The notes under the pieces were generated by a model. It saw only the letters and a list, made by a program, of their open reading frames with translations, was not told the DNA's origin and did not search any database. Source: Candidatus Latescibacterota bacterium (GTDB lineage: Bacteria; Latescibacterota; UBA2968). From it: 64,000 bases of DNA. The stretch covers positions 320,001-384,000 of the forward strand of contig OZ242195.1 in the NCBI GenBank assembly GCA_965205975.1, in the 5' to 3' direction. This document shows, piece by piece, positions 55,270-64,000 of this stretch (the stretch's first letter is position 1; every line of letters starts with the position of its first letter). The position numbers and the translations under genes are program-made.

Positions 55270-57939
55270 CTAATAATCGTACGATAGCGAAATATTCCAG
55301 CGGCGCGATAGGCCGAGGAATACGCGGGCACTCGCTGCGTCGTGATTGTTGCCGTCATCTGCATCGGACACGTAGCGTTCGTCAAATAAATTGAAGACGT
55401 GTAATTGCAGTTTTACTTTGCCATTTCCAAATGTATCGCCGGGCAGGGTGTAGCCCGCATGCAGGTTTACCAGGTTGTAATTTGGGAGTTGCCAGGACTG
55501 TTCTCGGTCGCTGGCATCTGTTCGATTGGCGGGATCGAATTTGGCGTAGTGATCCATAAAACGCCGCAGATTCAGCGAGGCGTAGAGGCCGCGTTTGGGA
55601 AATACTGTACCGCTTAGCGCAAGGGTTTTTTGCGCCGAGTCACCCACTTTTAGACCTTTGGCATAGACTTGAAAATTGCCGATAACAGATGGGTCTTCTT
55701 CCGGTGAAAATGTGACATTGGCATCGTTGAGCCATTCCCAATTGCCCAGCGATAACATGCCGCGTACTTCCAGCATGGAATGGGGGCGCGCTTTCAGGTC
55801 GAACTCTATACCTGTGTGCCGCGCGTCAATGCCGTTTAGCAAAAACCGAAAGCTCTGGTCGAGTTTTTCGCTGTAAATGCTCTTGGGCCACGAACGGTCT
55901 ATCCATCTGGTGTAATAGAAATTTGTGTTTGCTGTCACTACGCCGCGTTTGAAATAACCGGTGCCCAGTTCAAAGGAGGCTACTTTTTCATTGAATGTGG
56001 GATCGTAGAGGCTGTTGTCGTAGTGATAAACGGAGTCGAATTTGGGTGCTGTTGAAAGCCAGCCGATGTTGGCATATATATTTACTGCGGGGGTTGCATT
56101 GTAGTTGCCGCCCACTTTTGCGGTGTAGCCTTTGAAGTTTTCCCAGTCTGTCTGATCCCAGTCGCCGTTGACCTTTGTGCGGAAATAGTCGATGCGTTTA
56201 TAACCGGTTATGGACGCAGATGTGCTCAGAAATGCCGTAAAGTTGTTAAACCGGCCTTCGAGTTGTGCAAAACCGCCACCCCAGCGCGTAAGACCATCGT
56301 TGTGGTATGAGACTTTGTCACCCAGTCGCTTGACGGAGGTCGTGGCATTGTTGTCCCAGGGGAAGACGTAATAATCGGCACCGAGCAGATTGCGTACTTC
56401 GCGCCAGTGTTGCCCTCTGTAATAGCGCAAATCTATACCAAAGGCCAGCGTATAGATGTTGCTTAAGCGGTATTCGGCCGTGCTCAAATAACCATACCAG
56501 AAGTGTTGGTTGACCGAGTTTCGGATGACGGTTCTTGCCGCAATTTCACCGCTGCTCACTTCGCCTGTACCCACGAGGTCGGGATGGGCTTCCGATGCTG
56601 TTTGGGTGTTTAATTCATCGGCAACGCGTTGCCAGTTGATGCTGCCATCGGGTAGTGCCCTCGGGTTGGTACCCAAACGCCCTGTGCCACCGCCTTTGCC
56701 GCGCGAAAAATAAAATACGTTGGACAGGATAAATTGCTCGTTAGGAGTCCAGTACCAGTTCAAATTGACCTGGGGTTTGTGGTAAAAATTCTCGCGTTCC
56801 ATGATGATTTTGCTATCGCGCGCGTCGTGTACCTGACCGTTGTAGTACTCCTGATACGATGAAAATGGCGAGCGTCCCCAGTTGGGGTTGTAATCAATGC
56901 CGTAGTTTATAGCCTCCGAAACATCAATGCCCAGAGATCGGGCGTAATCGGCATCAAAGGTTGCGATAGATTGCTTGTAGAGGCGGTGTCCGTGACGTTG
57001 TGGCGCGCCTACGACAAACAGATCAATTTTGTGTGTCTCGGATGCTAAAAAGCTCAGTGCGCCGAAATAGGACCACGCCGATGTCCATGCTTGATCGGGC
57101 AGGCCATCGCCAGTTTTGCGCGTGAGGCCCAGGGTGAAAGCGGTTTTGCCGTTCATCAAACCCGATGAAAAATTGACTGTGGTTTTATAAAAGGCGTTGT
57201 TTCCCGCCTCCTGTTTGATTTTGAATCCGCGCTGTTGACGGGCGATGTCGGTGACAATGTTCATGGTGCCACCCACTGAGGCTATTGCCAGATTTGAGGC
57301 GCCCAATCCGCGCTGTACCTGAATTGATGATGTGACATCGCTCAGGCCATCCCAGTTGGACCAATAGACCCAGCCGTTTTCCATATCGTTGACTGGCACA
57401 CCATTGATCATGACGGCGACGTTGCGCTGGTCAAATCCCCTCACATTGATACGAGAATCGCCAGGGCCTCCACCTTGCTCGGTTGCATAAACACCTGGCG
57501 TATCATTCAAAATCATCGGGAGATCGCGCGAGCCGAGTTTGCGCTCCATATCGGCTTTTGGAACGTCTGAGAAGGCAACGGGTGTTTCGCGCAGTTTGGC
57601 GCGGTCGGCAACGACGGTGACTTCTTTGCCCCGAAATGCTTCGGGCATGAGTTCTACAATTAACTCGGCAGCATCCGCTTTTACAACAATGGCGTTGCGA
57701 TATTCTTTGTATCCTACAAAACTTATGACGAGTGTATAGCTGCCCTCGCCGACTCTGCTGATCTCAAATTGTCCATCGAGGTCAGCAGTAGTTCCTCGCC
57801 CAACACCATCTAAATACACGTTTGCGCCCGGCAGGGCTTCACCGGTTTCGGCATCGCGTACTTTGCCTTTTAATTCGACAGCAGATAGGGTTGAGTGGGC
57901 CAGAAAGAACAGAGCAAAAAACATAATCAGTTGCTTCAT
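55270..57939 (-). CDS. TonB-dependent receptor with N-terminal carboxypeptidase-regulatory-like domain
   Basis: Signal peptide; GKVRDAETGEALPGANV; plug INVRGF..VMINGVPVND; NLFDERY; aromatic C-terminus. Confidence 0.93.
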   Translation of the reverse strand: MKQLIMFFALFFLAHSTLSAVELKGKVRDAETGEALPGANVYLDGVGRGTTADLDGQFEISRVGEGSYTLVISFVGYKEYRNAIVVKADAAELIVELMPEAFRGKEVTVVADRAKLRETPVAFSDVPKADMERKLGSRDLPMILNDTPGVYATEQGGGPGDSRINVRGFDQRNVAVMINGVPVNDMENGWVYWSNWDGLSDVTSSIQVQRGLGASNLAIASVGGTMNIVTDIARQQRGFKIKQEAGNNAFYKTTVNFSSGLMNGKTAFTLGLTRKTGDGLPDQAWTSAWSYFGALSFLASETHKIDLFVVGAPQRHGHRLYKQSIATFDADYARSLGIDVSEAINYGIDYNPNWGRSPFSSYQEYYNGQVHDARDSKIIMERENFYHKPQVNLNWYWTPNEQFILSNVFYFSRGKGGGTGRLGTNPRALPDGSINWQRVADELNTQTASEAHPDLVGTGEVSSGEIAARTVIRNSVNQHFWYGYLSTAEYRLSNIYTLAFGIDLRYYRGQHWREVRNLLGADYYVFPWDNNATTSVKRLGDKVSYHNDGLTRWGGGFAQLEGRFNNFTAFLSTSASITGYKRIDYFRTKVNGDWDQTDWENFKGYTAKVGGNYNATPAVNIYANIGWLSTAPKFDSVYHYDNSLYDPTFNEKVASFELGTGYFKRGVVTANTNFYYTRWIDRSWPKSIYSEKLDQSFRFLLNGIDARHTGIEFDLKARPHSMLEVRGMLSLGNWEWLNDANVTFSPEEDPSVIGNFQVYAKGLKVGDSAQKTLALSGTVFPKRGLYASLNLRRFMDHYAKFDPANRTDASDREQSWQLPNYNLVNLHAGYTLPGDTFGNGKVKLQLHVFNLFDERYVSDADDGNNHDAASARVFLGLSRRWNISLSYDY

Positions 57940-58030
57940 ACTGTACCTCCTTAAAAAATGGGACACATACGCTATGTGCGGCGTATTGGACGATGTTGTT
58001 GTGCTAATATATACAATTTTATGTTAAAAA

Positions 58031-58297
58031 TTAAAATTTGCGGTCTGGCACTTTCCAGTTGGCGTACCAGACAGAGTCTTCTGGAAGCGTGGCGTCGTCT
58101 GACCAGGCTGTTTGCATCGTGCGGAAGTTGGGTAGTTCGGGGCGGATAACGGTTTCCCAGATGTGTTCGACCTGGTCAAAGGTGCGTAGTTGTTGCGTGG
58201 GTTTTTCCGATTCATACGCGGCGAGCAGTTCTCTAACTTTGTTGCCGAGCCACTCTATTTCGTCATTGACCAGGTGCTCCCAGCGTACGTCTCTCAC
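58031..58297 (-). CDS. Small hypothetical Trp-rich protein
   Basis: 88 aa, GTG start behind an AAAGGAG RBS, co-directional with neighbours. Confidence 0.6.
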   Translation of the reverse strand: MRDVRWEHLVNDEIEWLGNKVRELLAAYESEKPTQQLRTFDQVEHIWETVIRPELPNFRTMQTAWSDDATLPEDSVWYANWKVPDRKF

Positions 58298-58331
58298 GGC
58301 GGAGTACTCCTTTTGAAAAATTGGAATGAAG

Positions 58332-60695
58332 CTATGATTCCAAATCGTGGTGCAGTTTTAGTTTGGCGATAAATTCTGGTGTGAGTGTGGTTCCCGAGTT
58401 TTTGAGATGATTTATGACATCATTCCCAAGTGCTGTGTTGAGATGGTAGTGTTGTACAGATTCGTTGATTTTTATGAAGCCCAGGCGGTTCATCAGGTCC
58501 GGGTTCATTGTGCCGTTGACGATGGGCGTGTGAAGGGTGCAGTTGGTGAAGCGCGTGCCCAGTGTGCTTTGGACAATGTAAAATTGCTCTGGTATTTTTT
58601 TTACGTCGGGTTGGAGACGGCACTCGGTAAATACGAGTTCGCCCCGCAAATTGGGTGCGGCTATGGTGTTCAGACTACACCGTTCAAAAGTCGCGCTGGC
58701 AATGCAGTTGCCCAGATATGCGCTAATATTTTCACAGTCGATAAATCGCATTTTGGGATAGAGGGCGAGTGCATCGGTATAGTCGGTCGTTGATTCTCCA
58801 CCGATCAGGATATGTACCTGTTCGTCATCGTCGGCAATTTCCTGGATGAATTTTTCGAGTTGGACATTGTCGCAGATGAGGGTGCTGTTGGCGTGGAGTT
58901 GCGTGTCATCATAGCCGCCATTGCGGCGCAGGTCGTAGTGGTGTGGATTGGGTATGCGGATGAGGCGAACGCCTTGCTTTCGGCCTTCGACGGTGATGTT
59001 TCGAAATTCAATGCGATGGGGAAAGAAGAGGCGGGTATTGTTTTTGGTTTTGGAAAAGGGGACAGTGTCCATCAGCCAGCACGGTGCAGTTGATGCAGGT
59101 GCAGCACTGTAATCGATGAGCAGGTCTTCGATTGTGACCGTGCGTGCAAATCCTATGGGATACTGGTAATCGAAATCGGACGGATGATAGGATAGGACAG
59201 AAACGCGGCCATTGCTACTGGGCATTAACCGGCAGCCGCGGATGCGTATGTGCCCGTCCCATTTGGCTCCATAGTCACGCCGGAAATTGACGAATTGGTT
59301 GCCGTGGCGCGTGGTGTTTTCGATTACCAATTCACCGCCGCCTGTAAGCGCGATGCCTTTGAAGCCAATGGTGCAATTGCTGATGTAGAGGTTCCAGCAG
59401 TGAAAATGCACATCGATGCGGTTGAGACGACAGTTTTCAAAGCGGAAGTTTTTGTTGAGGTTGGTGCCAAAAACGCCCCAGGCTACCCAGCCACCTTCTG
59501 CTGTGATGTTGCGAAAGGTGCAATTGAGCATCCGCGCGCCCCCAATACCATAGGTGCCCGCGCCGAGGACTTTGCCTTCTTCTTCGCGATTTTTCTCCCA
59601 GGGCATTGCGCGGATATTTTCCAGTGTGACGTCGTAAACACCGCTGAATACGTAAAAGCCGCGACGGGGATGCATGGAGATATCTCGGTTCCCTTTTTCC
59701 AGGCCCATCCATTGTTCGCGGATGATGGTGCGGCTGCGTTTTATAGAGATGCCGTGGTGGTGATACCTCCAGGAGCTACCGCTGCCACTGTCGCCAGAAA
59801 AGTAAAATCCGCCGCCTTCGACGATGAGGTAATTGTCATTGCAGGGTATGGCGGTGATGTCGGTGAAGTTTTTGAATTCCCAGGCAATGTCGCCAATGAT
59901 GCGGCCCTCTTCTTCGATGTAGAACAATTCTTCGCGCCCCCATCCCGCCTTTGAATAATTACCTGCCCGGATACCAATGCGGTCATCGTCATCTTCGGCG
60001 ATGATAAGATGTCCCGCATATTGCGACAGTTCGGGAATGAGTTGCACGCCGGGTTTTAATTTTTCCAATAAAGCCGCTTTGATGGTTTCGTCTCGCGTGA
60101 GTTTTTTTGACGGGTGATCGTTGAGAATTTCAAAGCGTGGCTCCCTTTGGCTGTTGTACTGTTCATCGATGTGAAAAATTGTTTGTCCCCATGAGACGTT
60201 GGTTTTGATGGGTATGTCATTGGTTTGCGCGATCCAGTATTCGCCGCTTAAATTCACAATTGGGACTTTGCGCGCATTGGCGTATTTATGCGCCAGGGTT
60301 ATTTGTACGCCATCGTCGTTTTTACCGTCGCCAATCGCCCCAAACATTTTGTAGTTCACGGCTTTGTTTTCGTGTAAAATGGCGACTGATCCATTGTCCA
60401 GTGCGATTATGTCGGCATCGTTTGGCAGGATATTTGCATCCATTTTTTCGATGTGATACAGGGCTGCGCCACCATCGCCAGGGATGTAAAAACCCGCGGT
60501 TTCTACCCATTCGCCTTCGCGGATTTCGGGCGAGGATTTCATAGCTTGTACGGTGGGGTAGCGCGTTATGGTTGCACTATTTGTTGTGTTCACGGTGGTC
60601 TCCTGAGACAATGCGTGCTGTGTGAGGACAATGCCACTGATACCAATGCCAGCGATTGCTTTGCGTCTGGATAATTTATTTGGTTGTTCAGACAT
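58332..60695 (-). CDS. Tat-exported right-handed beta-helix (pectin-lyase/tailspike-like) protein
   Basis: SRRKAI Tat motif; GFYIPGDGGAALY and VNYKMFGAIGDGKNDD; repeated I.N/F.NC strands. Confidence 0.75.
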   Translation of the reverse strand: MSEQPNKLSRRKAIAGIGISGIVLTQHALSQETTVNTTNSATITRYPTVQAMKSSPEIREGEWVETAGFYIPGDGGAALYHIEKMDANILPNDADIIALDNGSVAILHENKAVNYKMFGAIGDGKNDDGVQITLAHKYANARKVPIVNLSGEYWIAQTNDIPIKTNVSWGQTIFHIDEQYNSQREPRFEILNDHPSKKLTRDETIKAALLEKLKPGVQLIPELSQYAGHLIIAEDDDDRIGIRAGNYSKAGWGREELFYIEEEGRIIGDIAWEFKNFTDITAIPCNDNYLIVEGGGFYFSGDSGSGSSWRYHHHGISIKRSRTIIREQWMGLEKGNRDISMHPRRGFYVFSGVYDVTLENIRAMPWEKNREEEGKVLGAGTYGIGGARMLNCTFRNITAEGGWVAWGVFGTNLNKNFRFENCRLNRIDVHFHCWNLYISNCTIGFKGIALTGGGELVIENTTRHGNQFVNFRRDYGAKWDGHIRIRGCRLMPSSNGRVSVLSYHPSDFDYQYPIGFARTVTIEDLLIDYSAAPASTAPCWLMDTVPFSKTKNNTRLFFPHRIEFRNITVEGRKQGVRLIRIPNPHHYDLRRNGGYDDTQLHANSTLICDNVQLEKFIQEIADDDEQVHILIGGESTTDYTDALALYPKMRFIDCENISAYLGNCIASATFERCSLNTIAAPNLRGELVFTECRLQPDVKKIPEQFYIVQSTLGTRFTNCTLHTPIVNGTMNPDLMNRLGFIKINESVQHYHLNTALGNDVINHLKNSGTTLTPEFIAKLKLHHDLES

Positions 60696-60715
60696 GGTTT
60701 TTCCCTATATGTTTT

Positions 60716-61762
60716 TTATCGCACTTTACCGCGCCCGACAACTTTCCATACGTGTTCTACATTGCCATTTCGCACGGCATAGACTTCGTCGTGGAGGTTG
60801 GTGGTCATGCCCTGGTGCAGGGGGATGACAGAGAGGCGGTCGCCTACGGTGAAGGTGTGATTGCATTCTGAGATATCGATGTGACCGTGTTCGACGGACA
60901 TGCCGTAGATTTTGGCATTGGGGTGTTCAACGATGTATCCATAAGGTGTGGGGGCATAACTGGTGAATGTTTTTTGCCCGCCATCGATGATGACGCGGTC
61001 GGGTGTGGGTGTGCTGACGATGGTGACTATCATGCGTTCGGCACAGGTGATGGGGTTAGGTGGGTTGTTTTCGCGGTTGATGCGGCGCAGGCCTTCAAAG
61101 ACATAGGATCCAATGCGGGTTTCAGTGCAGCCGATGGCTTTGGAGACTTCGGCAGTGCCCGTGCCACCTCCGCTGATGGTGTTGAGTGCGATGCCCGCGC
61201 TTTGGAGCAGGTCGCGCGTTTGGTCGATGAAGGCTTTGGCGCGTTCGTGACTGGGATAGGTCATGACGCCCTGGAACTGAAGGCCGGGCATGTTTGTAAC
61301 TTTTTGCGCGAGTTCAAGCGCGGCTTTGGGCGATTGTACGCCGCAGCGATTGCCACCGGTGTCGCATTCGATGAGGATGTTGATGGTGGCGTTGTTTTCT
61401 GTTGCGCCATCGGATAGACCACGCGCGGTGATTTCCGAATCGACAGCAACGGTCATGGTGGCGCGTTTACACAGTTCGGCGAGGCGTTTGACTTTGATGG
61501 GTCCGACGATGTTATAGGGGATTAGGATGTCGGGAATGCCCGCTTTGACCATGGCTTCGGCTTCGCCCACTTTTTGGCAGACAATGCCAGTGGCCCCCGC
61601 AGCGAGTTGCATTTTGGCGATTTCGGGGATTTTGTGGGTTTTGGTGTGTACGCGCAGGGGAATGTCGCATTTGTCGCACGCTTCTTGCGTTTCTCGAATA
61701 TTTTTTTCGAGGATGTCGAGGTCGATGGTGAGTGCAGGTGTGTCGAGGTCGTGTATGGTCAT
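60716..61762 (-). CDS. PLP enzyme, D-threonine aldolase / D-serine dehydratase family (fold type III)
   Basis: LDTPAL, LRVHTKTHK, RCGV, SGGGT and SVEHG. Confidence 0.9.
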   Translation of the reverse strand: MTIHDLDTPALTIDLDILEKNIRETQEACDKCDIPLRVHTKTHKIPEIAKMQLAAGATGIVCQKVGEAEAMVKAGIPDILIPYNIVGPIKVKRLAELCKRATMTVAVDSEITARGLSDGATENNATINILIECDTGGNRCGVQSPKAALELAQKVTNMPGLQFQGVMTYPSHERAKAFIDQTRDLLQSAGIALNTISGGGTGTAEVSKAIGCTETRIGSYVFEGLRRINRENNPPNPITCAERMIVTIVSTPTPDRVIIDGGQKTFTSYAPTPYGYIVEHPNAKIYGMSVEHGHIDISECNHTFTVGDRLSVIPLHQGMTTNLHDEVYAVRNGNVEHVWKVVGRGKVR

Positions 61763-61980
61763 GGCAATATCTGTTATTACAAGGTGAAAGATGGTGTTGT
61801 GCAGGAATAGGCAATGTACGTTGGTCTGAACAGGGCGTCAAGCGGTTGTAAATAGGTTAATCGCGCCGATAGCGAAAGAGGTCTGCGTTGACAAGGTGAA
61901 AGACGTTGTGTTATTTATGTGGTCAAGATTTACTGGCGTTGTAATGTTGGGGTGATCGTTAACTTAACTGAGGAGGCAAA

Positions 61981-63060
61981 ATGGCAGATAAATTGAAGGT
62001 GGGTATTGTCGGAGTGGGAGGTATTGCGCGGACGCATATTCCGGGTTGGCAGGCTTCAGAACATGCCGAATTGGTGGCCGGAAGCGATATTAGCGAAGAA
62101 GTATTGAAGAATTGGGGTGAACAATACGGTGTGAAAAAGCTGTATGTGAATCCTGAAGATTTGTTTGCCGATCCAGAGATCGATATTGTAGATGTTTGTA
62201 CACCAAACAATTATCACGCGCCTTTATCCATCGGTGCGCTGGATGCGGGCAAACACGTGATTTGTGAAAAGCCACTGGCGCCCAGCCCCCAGTTGGTGAA
62301 AAATATGATTGCTGCACGCGACCGGTCGGGTAAGTTGTTGATGTGCGCGCAGTCGTCGCGGTTTGCGGGGTCATCTCTGGCGATGAAGCGAGAATTGGAT
62401 ACCGGGGTTTTGGGAAATGTGTATCACGCGCGATGCTGGATGTTGCGGCGGTCAGGGGTGCCCGCGCGACCGGGTTTTATTATGAAAAAGCACAGTGGTG
62501 GCGGGCCGTGTATCGATATTGGTGTTCACGTTTTGGATTTGACTTTGTGGTTGATGGGCAATCCCAATCCCGTAGCTGTAACAGGTGTGGCGAAGGCGGA
62601 GTTGGCACATCAGGAAGGTGCGTTCAGTACGATGGGGCGCAGCGGTGGTGCGATTCCCAAAGAATTTGATGTGGAGGATTTTGCAGCGGCTTTTGTGCGG
62701 TTTGAAAATGGGGCTTCGCTTATTCTGGAGACGAGTTGGATGTTATATCAAGGTCCCCCGTCAGAACGGCAGATATGGCTTTACGGCACGAAGGGTGGGG
62801 CGCATTTGCCGAGTTGTGAGATTTATTATTCGGATTCCAAAACGCAGCAACATCACAAATACGCATTGCAAGATACGGGCGATATTGCCAGAGCGCACGC
62901 GCTGGAATGCATGACGTTTGCCAGGGCGATTACAGAGGGCAAACCGTCGCCAGTGCCGGCTGAGCAGTCGCTTCAGGTGATGGCGATTTTGGATGGGATT
63001 TATCGCAGTGAGGAGGAGGGGCGTGAAGTGGATATAGCGCGAGATGCAACCGTTGATTAA
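61981..63060 (+). CDS. Gfo/Idh/MocA family oxidoreductase
   Basis: GIVGVGGIA, CEKPLA and DIGVHVLD. Confidence 0.93.
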   Translation: MADKLKVGIVGVGGIARTHIPGWQASEHAELVAGSDISEEVLKNWGEQYGVKKLYVNPEDLFADPEIDIVDVCTPNNYHAPLSIGALDAGKHVICEKPLAPSPQLVKNMIAARDRSGKLLMCAQSSRFAGSSLAMKRELDTGVLGNVYHARCWMLRRSGVPARPGFIMKKHSGGGPCIDIGVHVLDLTLWLMGNPNPVAVTGVAKAELAHQEGAFSTMGRSGGAIPKEFDVEDFAAAFVRFENGASLILETSWMLYQGPPSERQIWLYGTKGGAHLPSCEIYYSDSKTQQHHKYALQDTGDIARAHALECMTFARAITEGKPSPVPAEQSLQVMAILDGIYRSEEEGREVDIARDATVD

Positions 63061-64000
63061 TAAACTTTGTCGTCTTCGTTTTTCTTTTCAAGGGTATTTT
63101 CCCATCGGCGTTCGGGAGATTGAGGGGCGCGATCGATGAGTTTGTTGGGTTTGCCCATTTGTTTTACCAGATCAAAGGCATCGTAGAGTTCACCCACAAC
63201 GGTCATTGCGCGGTAGTGCAGAGTGTCGTCTGAGACTGTGATGACCTGATAAAGTTGTGTGTTTTCCCCACCGCGCGTCATCCAGCGGTCTTTTCTGAGT
63301 TTGTATTGTTTGGGACCGCTGACCGATACGACGTACACGGTGCCTTTGGTTGAGTCGCGCACGGTTACGCCGCTGCCGATGTTATTCCCTCTGGCATACG
63401 TGTGATCGTGACCCTGGAGCACCAGATCAACGGCGTATTTGTCAAAGATGGGTTTCCATGCTTCGCGCAGGTCTTTGTTGTCGCGGCCATCAGATGCCGA
63501 ATAGACGGGGTGATGGAATGTGACAAAGGTCCATTTATTGGGATTGTTTTTGAGCACTTGTTCCAGCCAGTGTGCCTGTTCTTCACGACCTTCATTGGAA
63601 TTGAGGGAGATGATGCGCGCACCCTGGTAGTCTGTGTAATAGGTGGTTTCCTCAAAGCCTTTGGGGCCATTTTCGGGCAGGGTGAAATGCGGACGCCATA
63701 GAACAGATAGACGGCGTGTGACCCCATTTTTATAGTATTCGTGATTCCCCGGCGTAGATATGCTGGGGATTTTTGCATGGATCCAGTCGCCAGATTCAAA
63801 CCATTCCTCCCATTCACTATCCCTGTTGGCACGATTGACGAGGTCGCCTGCGTGGAGGATAAAGTCGGCATGGGGCGCGTCGAGCACAGCGGTTCGTATG
63901 GTGCGTGCCCAAAGAGCGAGCAGGTTGTTTTGGGCATCGCCAAAGTAGATGAAGGTGAAATCATCCGGTTCGGCAGAGGCTGTGCGAAATTGATACCAGG
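63057..64000 (-). CDS. Purple acid phosphatase-like metallophosphoesterase (5' end beyond the window)
   Basis: Frame open to the window edge; FGDAQ, GDLV, GNHE and GHDH motifs. Confidence 0.92.
   Translation of the reverse strand, partial: WYQFRTASAEPDDFTFIYFGDAQNNLLALWARTIRTAVLDAPHADFILHAGDLVNRANRDSEWEEWFESGDWIHAKIPSISTPGNHEYYKNGVTRRLSVLWRPHFTLPENGPKGFEETTYYTDYQGARIISLNSNEGREEQAHWLEQVLKNNPNKWTFVTFHHPVYSASDGRDNKDLREAWKPIFDKYAVDLVLQGHDHTYARGNNIGSGVTVRDSTKGTVYVVSVSGPKQYKLRKDRWMTRGGENTQLYQVITVSDDTLHYRAMTVVGELYDAFDLVKQMGKPNKLIDRAPQSPERRWENTLEKKNEDDKVY

Noticed and set aside
57940..58030. Cobalamin/TPP riboswitch upstream of the TonB receptor
   Set aside because: The region is too short, has only a small hairpin and lacks riboswitch consensus.
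58332..60695. Prophage around the tailspike-like gene
   Set aside because: No integrase, capsid, terminase or tail genes are present, and the protein has a Tat signal and metabolic neighbours.

Overview
A 64-kb bacterial chromosome segment from a diderm organism with roughly balanced GC. The gene content and a C-terminal paired 'DFxxDG..F.DF' domain tentatively suggest a Latescibacterota/FCB-type lineage; this is inference only. Contents in order: (1) an OSBS/N-acylamino-acid racemase; (2) an orphan YefM antitoxin; (3) a cassette of two circularly permuted ATP-grasp proteins, an alpha-E protein and a transglutaminase; (4) a Rieske-fusion protein; (5) a ~15-kb minus-strand run: yicC-gmk-rpoZ-coaBC-udg-dnaB-radA-kptA, diadenylate cyclase, GT-C glycosyltransferase, TPR protein, moxR, DUF58, ABC pair and an oxidoreductase; (6) lepA-lepB-hemW-thrB, a polysaccharide export pair, a MetE-like gene, a large NHL/Ig/FG-GAP surface protein and tsaC; (7) a porin, recD2, tesA/ybbP/ybbA and cinA; (8) an accessory region with a Bpu10I-family restriction-modification pair, divergent PurM, TauD, a DapA-like lyase, a frameshifted SAF oxidoreductase, hicBA and an IS3 relic; (9) a TonB receptor / Tat beta-helix / aldolase locus; (10) a partial purple acid phosphatase. 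No rRNA, tRNA or CRISPR array was recognised. The strongest unexplained signals are non-coding. The recD2-tesA spacer appears to hold two convergent, mutually complementary small RNAs. Heptamer arrays sit on stop codons together with REP/MITE elements. The orphan antitoxin and the Rieske gene share a promoter/operator motif. All product calls come from motif recognition by eye; no database searches were run.
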